Shown: in pieces, positions 18,954-28,985 of the stretch
Numbering within the stretch: the first letter of the stretch is position 1
How the letters are laid out: each line of letters starts with the position of its first letter
Assembly: GCA_963719945.1 (NCBI GenBank)
Contig: CAVRDX010000002.1
Location: 48,529 to 112,528, forward strand
Direction of reading: 5' to 3'
Source: an uncultured Thermoplasmata archaeon
GTDB taxonomy: Archaea > Thermoplasmatota > Thermoplasmata > UBA10834
Length of the DNA stretch: 64,000 nt
The notes under the pieces: model-generated
Seen by the model: the letters and a program-made list of their open reading frames with translations, nothing else
Told to the model about the DNA's origin: nothing
Databases searched by the model: none
Position numbers and translations under genes: made by a program

Positions 18954-19379
18954 ATGAGGGTATTCCGAGAAAAGGAAGATAAGGTATGCACAGACATCCA
19001 TGGAGAGGTGGAAGGTCTGGCAAGTAAGGTCCGCGCTCAGAAAATCATGTGTCAGAACTGCGGTGAGGATTTCGGCAGCGACATCGGATACTGCGCCCAA
19101 TGTGGGAAGAGCTCACGCGCAGGAGCATTGAACCCGACCATCGGTCCACACCTCCATGAGTATGAAGATGATGATGTGCCAATTAGGGCATCAAATTTCA
19201 TGTGGATGGATGGTCTTCTATCCACGGAATTGTGGTACATTCCAGTCTTGCTCATATTGAACGGTGTATTCGCGGTGCTTCTCTTCAGCCCAAGCATACA
19301 CATAGATAGGGTCTTGGTTCTGATTGCAGCCACCATCGCGACAGCCATAGTGCTGCTGATCGCATGGAAGAGACATTGA
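18954..19379 (+). CDS. Zinc-ribbon protein with two C-terminal TM helices
   Basis: CQNCG..YCAQCG plus 2 TM. True start may be 19008 or 19047. Confidence 0.7.
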   Translation: MRVFREKEDKVCTDIHGEVEGLASKVRAQKIMCQNCGEDFGSDIGYCAQCGKSSRAGALNPTIGPHLHEYEDDDVPIRASNFMWMDGLLSTELWYIPVLLILNGVFAVLLFSPSIHIDRVLVLIAATIATAIVLLIAWKRH

Positions 19380-19565
19380 ATGCGAGATGTCGAATCGAAT
19401 CCCAAGCAGATGCCAGATTCCAGGTCACTGAGGAAAGGCAGTCACGAAGGTGCCATAGGTCCCGTTTCATGTATTGAGCACACAGTTGCAGCTGCATGTA
19501 CACCTTGTGTTTGCCCAGCTTTCAGTTCATCATCTCAGGGAGTTTGATCAAAACCGACTTGAATC

Positions 19566-20099
19566 TCAAGCGGTGCCCTGGTCGTATACCTGCTCGAATT
19601 CGTCCTCCCAATATGACTCGTATGATACATCACCATCAGTGAACTTCCGGATTGCCATTTCGGCCAGGGTATGGGCAAGTTCGGCATCTCTATTCGTCCA
19701 GACCAGTCTCGCCCCGGGAGGAACGAACAGATATGTCGGAGATTCGTCAATGAACTTCGGCGGCAATCTTGCCAGGGCGAATATATCACACGCTCTCTCG
19801 CCCCCAGGGATGTCGTTTGAATTGAACTGCGCCAAATGCATGAATTCATGTGCTATCGTCCAATATGTTGGACATCGCCACGTGCCATCCTTCTGCTTCC
19901 TCACCTCTAGATTGAGTTTCACATGCCCGCCATTCGACTGAAAGACGAAGCCTTCGAAGAAACGAGATAAACCAATCTGGACCTGCGGTCTTAGTTCTGG
20001 AAAATATGGTTGCAGAATATTCAATCTCCGTGAGATCTCTTCCCGAACATCTTCGGGCAGCTTACGTGCCTTCCTAGTCCATGAGATCTCAAACGGCAT
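19566..20099 (-). CDS. Zincin-like (HExxH) metalloprotease-domain protein
   Basis: TIAHEFMHLAQ..GGERACD. Confidence 0.72.
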   Translation of the reverse strand: MPFEISWTRKARKLPEDVREEISRRLNILQPYFPELRPQVQIGLSRFFEGFVFQSNGGHVKLNLEVRKQKDGTWRCPTYWTIAHEFMHLAQFNSNDIPGGERACDIFALARLPPKFIDESPTYLFVPPGARLVWTNRDAELAHTLAEMAIRKFTDGDVSYESYWEDEFEQVYDQGTA

Positions 20100-20292
20100 C
20101 CGGACCCTGTAGGACTCATCCCGTTCTTATTCAATCCGATTCCAGTTCCTGAAGAAGCCTGAGGATGAGACCAACAATGTACACTAGACTCTAGAATAAG
20201 TCATGTGGGTGAGCGTGGAAAGGCGAGACGATGTTCATATAGCATCATTGCAATTCCATGTCTGCGTTTCAGTACGCAAGGGGGTTTGATGA

Positions 20293-21447
20293 ATGGTATT
20301 CAAATCTAGGGGGATAGCAGCATCCCTGACAGTATTAATCGTGATAGTTTCGGGAACGATGTTGGCGTTTTCCACATCAGCGGCTCATGGACCACCGGTC
20401 GATGAATGGACCGTGGCACTGTATATAGCGGCTGATAACAACCTGGAAATTGCATGGGACCATTATACTCTACGAGGGCTCTTGGGCATTCCTGACTCAG
20501 ATGATGTGAACATCGTCGCGATGGTCGATCGGCTGAGCACGAACGGTACTGAATTTCTGGAGTTCTCTGGGGACACATACGAAGTAGTAGCTACTTATCC
20601 TGAGATGGACACTGGCCAAGGTGAGAATTTCTCGTTCTTCCTGAGCGAGGTCTCGACCTTGTACCCAGCCGATAAGTTGTGCGTGATCGCATGGGACCAC
20701 GGCGGCTCATGGCTCGGGTTCTGCACGGACGATTCCCAGGGAGGGCTCATAGGCATGGACGATTTCAGCTCTGCTGTGAATGACGCAGGCGTCTACATCG
20801 ATGTGTTCGCCTTGGATGCGTGCATCATGTCCACCACGGAAGTGATATACGAAGCCTACACGACTGGATTAATCGGCTATTTCATATCATCTGAGATGTA
20901 CGTGCCTTTCGACGGATTCCCATACGATGATATGTTCACACCTCTGACGGAAGATCCGACGGCTACGCCTGAAGAACTCTGCTCGATCATGCTCGATGGG
21001 TGGGACGCCTATTACCACAGAGGAAGAAGCGTTAACCTCGTAGTCGTGGACGTGGACGCCTTCGGTGAGGCACTCTCAGTCTTCCAGGCTTGGAGTGGCG
21101 CGCTCCTCGAAGGGCTACCGGATCATGAGTCCGAGTACCTGACCGCAGTGGATGAATCTCTCACGAACGACTACATACCCACAACGGTCGATATTTACGA
21201 CCTCTGCGAGCAGATAATCGCCAATGTGGAGGACGAAGCCATCATGGAAGCATCCTTGGCAGTCATGTCGATAGTCGATACTACGGTCGTTGGTTTGAGC
21301 ACCTCCGGATGGGCTCAGGAGATGCACGGTCTGACGATATGGTGGGCCTCACCTGACTACTCGCTATACCTGCAACGCTACATGGAAGAGGTACAATTCG
21401 CGACCGACTCAGGCTGGGGAGAATTCCTCGAGATAGCCATCGCCTGA
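20293..21447 (+). CDS. Secreted clostripain-family (C11) cysteine peptidase
   Basis: Signal peptide, WTVALYIAADNNLE, WDHGG (His), LDACIMS (Cys), SEMYVP..GFPY. Confidence 0.92.
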   Translation: MVFKSRGIAASLTVLIVIVSGTMLAFSTSAAHGPPVDEWTVALYIAADNNLEIAWDHYTLRGLLGIPDSDDVNIVAMVDRLSTNGTEFLEFSGDTYEVVATYPEMDTGQGENFSFFLSEVSTLYPADKLCVIAWDHGGSWLGFCTDDSQGGLIGMDDFSSAVNDAGVYIDVFALDACIMSTTEVIYEAYTTGLIGYFISSEMYVPFDGFPYDDMFTPLTEDPTATPEELCSIMLDGWDAYYHRGRSVNLVVVDVDAFGEALSVFQAWSGALLEGLPDHESEYLTAVDESLTNDYIPTTVDIYDLCEQIIANVEDEAIMEASLAVMSIVDTTVVGLSTSGWAQEMHGLTIWWASPDYSLYLQRYMEEVQFATDSGWGEFLEIAIA

Positions 21448-21466
21448 TATGGCACCCAGAAACTCA

Positions 21467-21510
21467 TTCCCCGGTGTACCCACCGGGGAACCGCCATTCT
21501 TTTCTGTTTC
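21467..21510 (+). terminator. Hairpin + U-tract terminator-like element
   Basis: TTCCCCGGTG-TACC-CACCGGGGAA perfect 10-bp stem followed by TTCTTTTCTGTTTC. Confidence 0.7.
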
Positions 21511-21590
21511 TATTGAACCACAATGTGCCGGCATCAATGACCGCGATTCTCGACCAAATTGATGTACTAGCTCTGCACTAATTCAAGCAG

Positions 21591-22331
21591 ATGAACGAGC
21601 ATGGACCTGCGGATGCATCGAATGAGCAGCTTTCCGATGTCCAATTCAGAAACTACGTACCTGGAGACATACTAGCATGCGCGCGGCTCGCAAGAGATGC
21701 GTGGCCAGTCAGTCCGGCGGTTATAGCATCCGATGAGCTGGAACTGTCTGGCATGGAGAGCTACATGGAATATTCATTGGGCGTCTCCAACTGGGCGGAT
21801 ATCGCATATACGCCAGAGGGTGTTGTCGGCTTCCTTTTCGGAAGAATCGATGGATACCTGGGAAAGGCTGTCCCCAAGAGGTCGCCTTTCGGAGAACTGT
21901 CATCCATAGCGAAATCGATAGTCAACCACGAGCACAGCAGTCTCGCCAGCCTGGGATTCATCTGGAGTCTGACTATGACAGAGCTGAAGTTGAAGCTGAT
22001 GATGCCAAGGTCGGATGCCTCGATAGAGATGTTCATAGTCGGCTCGAATCACAGAGGCAGAGGGATCGGCGGCGAACTCTTCAAGAGGTACATGAAGACA
22101 GCGATAGATTCTGGCTCATCGCTCGTCACGGTATACACCGATGATCAGATGAGCAATTGGAGTTATTACGAGAAGCGCGGGTTCGAGAGGATCGGCACAT
22201 TCTATGATAACATAACCTCGCACTACTCCGGCTCTCGCGCACGAGGGATCATCTTCGCACTCGATCTGAGAAGATGGAACAAAGACGGATGCGAAGTCAT
22301 CGTCAGTGCCCCGCGTGAGGGGCAGCATTGA
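21591..22331 (+). CDS. GNAT family N-acetyltransferase
   Basis: FIVGSNHRGRGIGGEL, YYEKRGF. Confidence 0.88.
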   Translation: MNEHGPADASNEQLSDVQFRNYVPGDILACARLARDAWPVSPAVIASDELELSGMESYMEYSLGVSNWADIAYTPEGVVGFLFGRIDGYLGKAVPKRSPFGELSSIAKSIVNHEHSSLASLGFIWSLTMTELKLKLMMPRSDASIEMFIVGSNHRGRGIGGELFKRYMKTAIDSGSSLVTVYTDDQMSNWSYYEKRGFERIGTFYDNITSHYSGSRARGIIFALDLRRWNKDGCEVIVSAPREGQH

Positions 22332-22452
22332 ATCCGCCAAGAATAGATGGATGCACAATAGCCCTTGGGCTATCGCGCACCCAAGTATGGTACGATCTAA
22401 CTATCAGCATCCAATTCAGAAGAATCCACTGGATCGAATGAATCATCTACGA

Positions 22453-22797
22453 CTAGCCTTTCTTCCGCTTCTTGGTTTCTAGAACCGACCAGTCCTCTAT
22501 CTCGCGCAGTATTGTCGTATTCATCGATCCAGGCACGTAGAAATCGTTTTCCTTGACCATCAATCGATCGATCACAGGGTTGCTGTATTCCCGGGCGACA
22601 TCAATATCCTTGAATTTGTTGAACTTCCATATCCAGGTCACATCGTATGGACCTAGGTTGAATGTGGAGCCATAGACTCCCACTAGTTTCCATCCTGGTG
22701 GCCCTCGCTTCCTGTATGCATCTATATTCTTGCCTACGAAATCCTTATACTCCTTCTCACTCCCCTTCTCCAAATTGGCGCTCCATAACAATAACAC
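22453..22797 (-). CDS. Dimeric alpha+beta barrel (GYD/NIPSNAP-like) protein
   Basis: GWKLVGVY....GPYDV pattern. GTG start with strong GGAGG. Confidence 0.65.
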   Translation of the reverse strand: MLLLWSANLEKGSEKEYKDFVGKNIDAYRKRGPPGWKLVGVYGSTFNLGPYDVTWIWKFNKFKDIDVAREYSNPVIDRLMVKENDFYVPGSMNTTILREIEDWSVLETKKRKKG

Positions 22798-23023
22798 GAT
22801 TTTCCTCCCCCTCCTCGAACCACACTTCGAGGCTCCTTATCTATGCACATGAACGGCTATTTATCGTTTCTCGGGAGGCGCAACGACAAGTGACGATTTC
22901 GCGGGGTAGTGTTTCGGCGTCAACGATACAGACATCAGACTAGCCATCATCTCGATTGCAGATGATGAAAGAGATTGAAGGTTCATACCCTTGCAATCGG
23001 ACGGGGTCTGTTGTCAACATCGA

Positions 23024-23656
23024 TCACGATACAGCCCTATCAACTGAGGTGACGATGGAATTCCATCCAGAACTCAGGTTCCCATCACATTGATAATGTA
23101 CGTAATCAGCACCCACATTCCCGTACACATAGCTATGACTGAACACGATTCCGAACATGACGTCGCTGACATTGGAGTATACATTGGAATGGTGGATTGC
23201 GCCGTATGGATTCGTCATGCTGAGAAAGGAATACTGAGTGAAATTCTCCCAGGGACCAGGGAGTCCAGACTTGACATTCAGGGTCACAATCACCACTCCG
23301 CTACCGATGACTTCCAAGGCTTCCCCGTATTGATCCGTCACCTGCCGCACCTCGACGCCCCATGAACCACGCAGGTAATGCAACGATACGATGCTGATAT
23401 TGCCCTCGACATTCGCAGGGAACGGGCACAGTACCTTATACGGACCAGATGAATTGCACGCGATTGTGGCCACGTAATCGTAGCTCACATAAGGATCGAA
23501 TCCGAAGAGATCCTTTTCTTCCAAGTAGAATTCGTACAGAGAAAACATGGACAAAACAACTACGATAACCAGGGTTATCGCAATCACACGATTCTTCCTA
23601 CGGTTCGACCATCGGATAGCGCGGCCTTCGGACGATTCAGGGCTTTTGGCCTCCAT
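23024..23656 (-). CDS. Membrane-anchored hypothetical protein
   Basis: Basic N-terminus, one TM, extracellular beta domain. Confidence 0.7.
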   Translation of the reverse strand: MEAKSPESSEGRAIRWSNRRKNRVIAITLVIVVVLSMFSLYEFYLEEKDLFGFDPYVSYDYVATIACNSSGPYKVLCPFPANVEGNISIVSLHYLRGSWGVEVRQVTDQYGEALEVIGSGVVIVTLNVKSGLPGPWENFTQYSFLSMTNPYGAIHHSNVYSNVSDVMFGIVFSHSYVYGNVGADYVHYQCDGNLSSGWNSIVTSVDRAVS

Positions 23657-23743
23657 GAACGAACCTCATCGTTTGAAGCAATACAGAGCTATAGGATTCT
23701 TTCTGTCCGATGTTTGACCGCCGAGTAAGATGCTGAATCATCG

Positions 23744-24202
23744 TCAAGCGTAATAGCGCCTAACATTCCCCATGCTCAAAACCACAATGATCAACATCTG
23801 CATGATGAGCCATACATAAGTGAACGGAAATACTCCGATCAGCACGACCTCAATGGACATCCATATGATCTCGACCGCAGAGATGGCCAACGCCCCCGTC
23901 CAGGCCCAATGCCTCAGAGATATCTTCTTCATGGGTCTAGCTAGGGCCATATCGCTCTTCGTGATGAGACCCCATGCAGCTATCAGCGGGCATATGCCGA
24001 AGCCGACGAGCAAGAAGATACCGACCAAGAAGAAATCGCTGATAGGAAGACCTTCCAGGACATCAGTATTCAACCCAAGGGATGCTCCTGATGGCGCTGA
24101 CATGAGTGCGAGTCCGCTAGCCAATCCCATGAATCCGTTGAACAGCTCCAGACCTATGACCGCCTTCACGGTCCCTGGTCTACTCCCATGAATCATGCCC
24201 AT
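23744..24202 (-). CDS. Integral membrane hypothetical protein (4 TM)
   Basis: GLALM..PSG..LGL....L...P..DF...GI.L pattern. Confidence 0.72.
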   Translation of the reverse strand: MGMIHGSRPGTVKAVIGLELFNGFMGLASGLALMSAPSGASLGLNTDVLEGLPISDFFLVGIFLLVGFGICPLIAAWGLITKSDMALARPMKKISLRHWAWTGALAISAVEIIWMSIEVVLIGVFPFTYVWLIMQMLIIVVLSMGNVRRYYA

Positions 24203-24321
24203 GACGACTCATCCATGGAGATATCAATAATTCTCTTTTCCGGTCGATAAGGGAGGTTTGAGGAATGTGCGTATGAACAGCTGCTAGTTCAGAATGCACT
24301 GAAGACCGTTGAGAAAAAGGG

Positions 24322-24942
24322 TTAGTCGTCATTGTCTGTCTCTGATGGAAGGTCGATACCGACTGCGGCTTCTGGTCGGGACTGACGAGGTTTCCTGGTC
24401 TGACGGTATAGTACTGCGACAAGGACGATCATTGCTGCGCCAAGTAAGATGAACGGTGTCATCATGACCGTAGAAGCTCCCTCTTCCGCAGAGCCGCTCC
24501 GATTAGACGCGTATTCACTCGATTCATCCATGGGAAGCAGGCCAGACAGAGAGTCGTTGCCACTACTATACATGATGGCCGCGGCGATGTACAGCGCCAA
24601 TACCAAGCCTAATATCCAAAAGGCCGAGAGCAGTATCACGATCTTCGTGTTCTCGTTTGGCGATAGCAGATCCCGCGATTTCCATGTGAGCCCGTAATAG
24701 ACGAAGCCATGGTCCTCATGGCGCTTCACGAGCCCGCCCTCTTCGAGTTTCTTGAGATGCCGGTGTACCCCAGCCTTATCCATGCTCAGCTCTTCGGAGA
24801 GCTGAGATACGGTCCTGCGCATCGGCTGGAGCGATCTCAGGATCTCGAGCCTGGTATCTGAAGCGAGAGCCATTAAAGACTTCTTGTCGAGTTCCACCCG
24901 CATTCTAGACCTACCAGAATCGAGTATGGAGTCCTGCATCAT
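24322..24942 (-). CDS. ArsR-like winged-helix regulator fused to two TM helices
   Basis: ALASDTRLEILRSL..RTVSQLSEEL..KAGVHRHLKKLEEGGLV followed by 2 TM. Confidence 0.88.
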   Translation of the reverse strand: MMQDSILDSGRSRMRVELDKKSLMALASDTRLEILRSLQPMRRTVSQLSEELSMDKAGVHRHLKKLEEGGLVKRHEDHGFVYYGLTWKSRDLLSPNENTKIVILLSAFWILGLVLALYIAAAIMYSSGNDSLSGLLPMDESSEYASNRSGSAEEGASTVMMTPFILLGAAMIVLVAVLYRQTRKPRQSRPEAAVGIDLPSETDNDD

Positions 24943-24974
24943 TAATGTGGCTCTCGCGTCATCTATTTCGCTGG

Positions 24975-26834
24975 TCAGGTCCGAACACCTTCGGCATATA
25001 TCGTGTAATAGTCAGTTTCAACATAGTACAGAAGGAATGCCTCTTGGGCAAGGTCGTTCAGCGAGCTCGCCTTGATCGAATGGTATGAGATGGTGTACAG
25101 ACTATCCTCGATGTACAGTGATCGGACCACCCAATCATACGAGTAGACATCATCATTCGAGATCTTGCCCTTCAGAGAAATGCCATCGGTCAGGGAGATA
25201 GTGAAGACATATGCGCCCGTCCACGAAGAACTTCCCAACATATCGTAGATGTATACGCACATCGGAAGTACGAGCAACTCCCGTTCAAGGTCGAACAATA
25301 CCGCCTTGTGGTCGTACATCGCATTGGTCCATGAGGAAGCCTCCACGAGATAAGTGCTCTGTTCGACGGGGGTCGCGGGGTTCGAGACATTGAACATAGT
25401 GACCTTGACGGAGCCGTTCTCGGAGCCTATCCCCAGCACATGGTCTGCATCCACAGGATGCAGGTATGAAGAGAACCCTGGGACTTTGAGTTCCCCGACT
25501 ATCGCAGGCGCGGCGGGCTCGCTCAGGTCGATTATGAAGAGCGGATCGATCTGTAGGAACGTGACCAGGTACAGCGTTTCGCCGATATACCTCGCAGAAT
25601 AGATCCGCTCCGTAGGTGCGATGTGTTCGAGCGAACCGACAACATCAAGGTCCGAATCGAGGACATATATGGCGTTCTCGGGGTTGATCCACGAAGTGGT
25701 TGTCGCGACCCTGAGGTAGCCATCGTACTCGTCCATTGAGAACTGGTTGAGAAGCCATCCCGTGACCTCGCCTCCGGCAACAACGGCCATTGTGAGATCA
25801 TCGATGAATATCCTGTAGATGCTCGTCCTGGCGGTCCACTCATCCACGGGATCTATCAGGGAATCGACTGCGAAGATGGAGCCGGTCCACTTCGGTATGG
25901 TGAGATACAATGCGTCCATAGACATGTACACCGTGGATGCGTACCCAGCCATAATGGCCATGTACTCGTGCTCACCGTTCACGACGTCCACCGATAGGAG
26001 GTTGATGTACGAACTAGCATCGGGTGTGCCCGGGTCGAACAGGATGTCATCGATCGCGAACTCTTCGCTGACGCCATTCGTCCAAAGGCGAGGCAAGTAG
26101 GGGGTATCATCCATTATCCACGCGTGCATCTGCGAGACCAGGTACAGGTTCCCGTCGACCATCCTTGATGTCAGTCCGTATCCGGAGATGCCATATGAGA
26201 ACTCCATAACAGGATTGTACACATCCGACACATCGACCACGGTCACCATCGCGAATTGGTTCATTATCGTCGCATAGAGCTGGTCCGCATAATCATCATT
26301 GTAATCCAAGTAGGACTGATAATACAAGTCCCACACGACCACCAGTTTGTGATCGAACAGGTACAGTCCGGAGACATGCACCCCAAAATTATCCCATGAA
26401 TAACCAGACATCTCTATGAGGTCAATCGTGGAAGCATTGGCCATCTCGTCGGATGGATAAGCCTTCACTATGCTGATGGAGCAATAGGAAGCGACATAGA
26501 TGTACTCGCCATCGGTCTTGACCATGTCGGCCTCGTCCACGCCCGCGACCTGGACGTTAGTCTCTGAGTACGAGGATCCGGCGTCACCGTATGATTCGTC
26601 AGCAGTGATCGGCAGCCTCGTGTCCCCGGTGTAATATGCACTGCCATTGGCGATCGATTCCGAACTTTTCAGGAAGTCCTCGAGCTCCTGCTTCGATGAG
26701 AATGAGATTAGAACTCCATCGTCATATGCATGATGATCATCCGATCCAATGGAAAATGCGTATATGATGGTAGCTGAGACTAACACTGTCGCTGCGATGC
26801 ATACGGATAACGCGATCTTCAGATAATCATTCAT
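24975..26834 (-). CDS. Secreted/anchored beta-propeller domain protein (PF09826-like)
   Basis: YSETNVQVAGVDEADMVKTDGEYIY, LLNQFSMDEY.GYLRVATT, ERIYSARY, TFLQIDPLF, GELKVPGFSSYLHP. Confidence 0.92.
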   Translation of the reverse strand: MNDYLKIALSVCIAATVLVSATIIYAFSIGSDDHHAYDDGVLISFSSKQELEDFLKSSESIANGSAYYTGDTRLPITADESYGDAGSSYSETNVQVAGVDEADMVKTDGEYIYVASYCSISIVKAYPSDEMANASTIDLIEMSGYSWDNFGVHVSGLYLFDHKLVVVWDLYYQSYLDYNDDYADQLYATIMNQFAMVTVVDVSDVYNPVMEFSYGISGYGLTSRMVDGNLYLVSQMHAWIMDDTPYLPRLWTNGVSEEFAIDDILFDPGTPDASSYINLLSVDVVNGEHEYMAIMAGYASTVYMSMDALYLTIPKWTGSIFAVDSLIDPVDEWTARTSIYRIFIDDLTMAVVAGGEVTGWLLNQFSMDEYDGYLRVATTTSWINPENAIYVLDSDLDVVGSLEHIAPTERIYSARYIGETLYLVTFLQIDPLFIIDLSEPAAPAIVGELKVPGFSSYLHPVDADHVLGIGSENGSVKVTMFNVSNPATPVEQSTYLVEASSWTNAMYDHKAVLFDLERELLVLPMCVYIYDMLGSSSWTGAYVFTISLTDGISLKGKISNDDVYSYDWVVRSLYIEDSLYTISYHSIKASSLNDLAQEAFLLYYVETDYYTIYAEGVRT

Positions 26835-26968
26835 CGTGATCGATAAGACTAGTCATCTAGAGACTATATCAATGCCATTTTCGCGTTGTCTTTCGAGTCA
26901 ACAATCCTTGTCTTCCGATGACAACAGGCCAAATGGAAATATAAGGCTGCATTAACGTTAAGGATGCA

Positions 26969-27868
26969 ATGAAGACTAGGGCAGTCAAGAGCGTCCTGAG
27001 GAGCATGCCGACGATAGAAGGAGCGGGTGTCCATCTCAGAAGGGGGTTTGGCCCACATGAAGCGCACCTGGCGGATCCATTCCTGCTTCTCGATCACTTC
27101 CAATCGGAGAACCATTCGGACTACACCGCTGGATTCCCATGGCACCCTCATAGAGGGATAGAGACCGTCACATACATGGTCCGAGGGACGATCGAACATG
27201 AAGACAGTCTGGGGAATAAGGGAGTGATAGAATCCGGCGACGTCCAGTGGATGACCGCTGGGAGCGGCATCCTCCATCAGGAGATGCCAAAACCTTATGC
27301 AGGAGATCTGCTGGGATTCCAACTCTGGGTGAACCTGCCCGCGTCCAAGAAGATGAGGGAGCCTCGATACAGGGAGATCAAAGCGAACCAGATACCCGCA
27401 TATTCTGCCTCCGACGGAGTGGAGATCAGGATCATCGCGGGGAACCTGAACGGAATAAGAGGACCGGTCAGAGATCTTGTGGCAGACATCGCGTATCTCG
27501 ATGTCACTCTTGAGGGAGATCGAGAATTAGCGCAAGAGGTCGATCCTATGAATTCGTGTGTCGCATATGTCTTCGAAGGTGAGGGACTCTTCTCCGAGGA
27601 AGCAGTCCGCGTATCACATGGCAACACCGTCTTCTTCAATGAAGGCAACAGCATCAAGGCCAAATCTGACAAAACGGGTATGCGGCTCCTGCTCATTATG
27701 GGACGAGCGCTGAGGGAACCGATCGCATGGGGCGGACCGATAGTGATGAACAAGCAGGGCGAGCTGGATCAGGCGTTCGATGAACTCAGGAATGGCACTT
27801 TCATAAAATCAGAACAGCCGTCATATCCCAGCCGCCTGCATTCCTTCCACGGCCCCATGAAGGTTTGA
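26969..27868 (+). CDS. Pirin family protein
   Basis: DPFLLLDHF, GFPWHPHRGIETVTY, WMTAGSGILHQEMP, GFQLWVNLP. Confidence 0.96.
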   Translation: MKTRAVKSVLRSMPTIEGAGVHLRRGFGPHEAHLADPFLLLDHFQSENHSDYTAGFPWHPHRGIETVTYMVRGTIEHEDSLGNKGVIESGDVQWMTAGSGILHQEMPKPYAGDLLGFQLWVNLPASKKMREPRYREIKANQIPAYSASDGVEIRIIAGNLNGIRGPVRDLVADIAYLDVTLEGDRELAQEVDPMNSCVAYVFEGEGLFSEEAVRVSHGNTVFFNEGNSIKAKSDKTGMRLLLIMGRALREPIAWGGPIVMNKQGELDQAFDELRNGTFIKSEQPSYPSRLHSFHGPMKV

Positions 27869-27932
27869 CAAAGAAATGGAAAATGGTTTGAAGTTCATTG
27901 ATCGTGGTTCTGCAATCACAGAATACTGACCA

Positions 27933-28445
27933 TCACTCGAAGCCGATCCACATTGTGTAAGTGCCCACCTCCGCAACGTTGTCCAAATGTGCGCTGCCGT
28001 ATCCGACGACGTTGGCGAAGTCATCAGTCCCACCGACAAGTTCGAAGTGAATCTCGAATGATTCGAAGCTAGTGTCCCCCTTGACAATCGCCCTCATATC
28101 GATAGAGCCCTCGAGACCTTCCCAGTCATCAACATTGAGCGTACCCCACTCATCCACGGTCACCAATCCGCTATTCATATGCACGATTATCTCAATGGAG
28201 GAGATTGAATCGCCGACGATATCTCCTGACCATTCCCACGTCTTGTCGTCAACGGTATAGAATTCATTCACGCCACCATGCTCTAGTTGAACCATTTCCG
28301 GATCATTTGGGTTCTGGAACGTCCCTTCCGCCTTGGTCAGTTCTACATCTGGCAGATTGCAGTCAGAAGTGCACGAAGTCGCTGGCATGGAAAACATCAG
28401 TGCGGCAATCAGGGTGCTGACGACCGCCAAAGCTATTCTCTTCAT
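27933..28445 (-). CDS. Secreted acidic hypothetical protein
   Basis: Signal peptide; GGAGGAGGTGA upstream. Confidence 0.75.
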   Translation of the reverse strand: MKRIALAVVSTLIAALMFSMPATSCTSDCNLPDVELTKAEGTFQNPNDPEMVQLEHGGVNEFYTVDDKTWEWSGDIVGDSISSIEIIVHMNSGLVTVDEWGTLNVDDWEGLEGSIDMRAIVKGDTSFESFEIHFELVGGTDDFANVVGYGSAHLDNVAEVGTYTMWIGFE

Positions 28446-28634
28446 ATCTCACCTCCTCCTCGAACCACCCGCTGAGGTGACGTATCTATGGTCGAGTCAT
28501 CGTATTTCTTCATTTCCAAATGGATGAACGACGCATGCCGATGCGTTCGAACACGGCGCCGTTCCGAGTATCGCTGAATCGAGATCTACAGAGGATAGCT
28601 GGATTCAATAATCCTAATGAACCGATCAGACTGC

Positions 28635-28985
28635 TCAATCCGACTCCTCACCCAGCTCAGCAGTAGAATGCGAGAATAATCTGTCACCTTCGAACCAGTT
28701 GATATGAAGTCTGTGCTGAACATAGAGCAATGGCACCAGTATGAGGATGGAAATGAACAATCCTTGACGGCCCATCAGTTCTATCATGGCAATAGGTATC
28801 AGGATAGTATCAACCATCACGCATCCGACGATATATCCGGTCCTAAGGATTTCGACTCTGAGAGGTCTCGCCATGGATTGTCTGATCGATTCCCTGCGGC
28901 GCATCGAAGCACGCTTGATGATACCGTCGAACTTGGCAATGGCCGCCTGGAACCTGCCGTTCCGCACATCAGTTTCCGGATTCAT
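28635..28985 (-). CDS. Small two-TM membrane protein coupled to oppF
   Basis: ATGA overlap with oppF stop; 2 TM. Confidence 0.65.
   Translation of the reverse strand: MNPETDVRNGRFQAAIAKFDGIIKRASMRRRESIRQSMARPLRVEILRTGYIVGCVMVDTILIPIAMIELMGRQGLFISILILVPLLYVQHRLHINWFEGDRLFSHSTAELGEESD

Noticed and set aside
19465-19525. Minus-strand frame reading ..RCTCSCNCVLNT*, a possible rSAM precursor peptide
   Set aside because: No start codon (stops lie immediately upstream), and it is about 15 kb from the enzyme.
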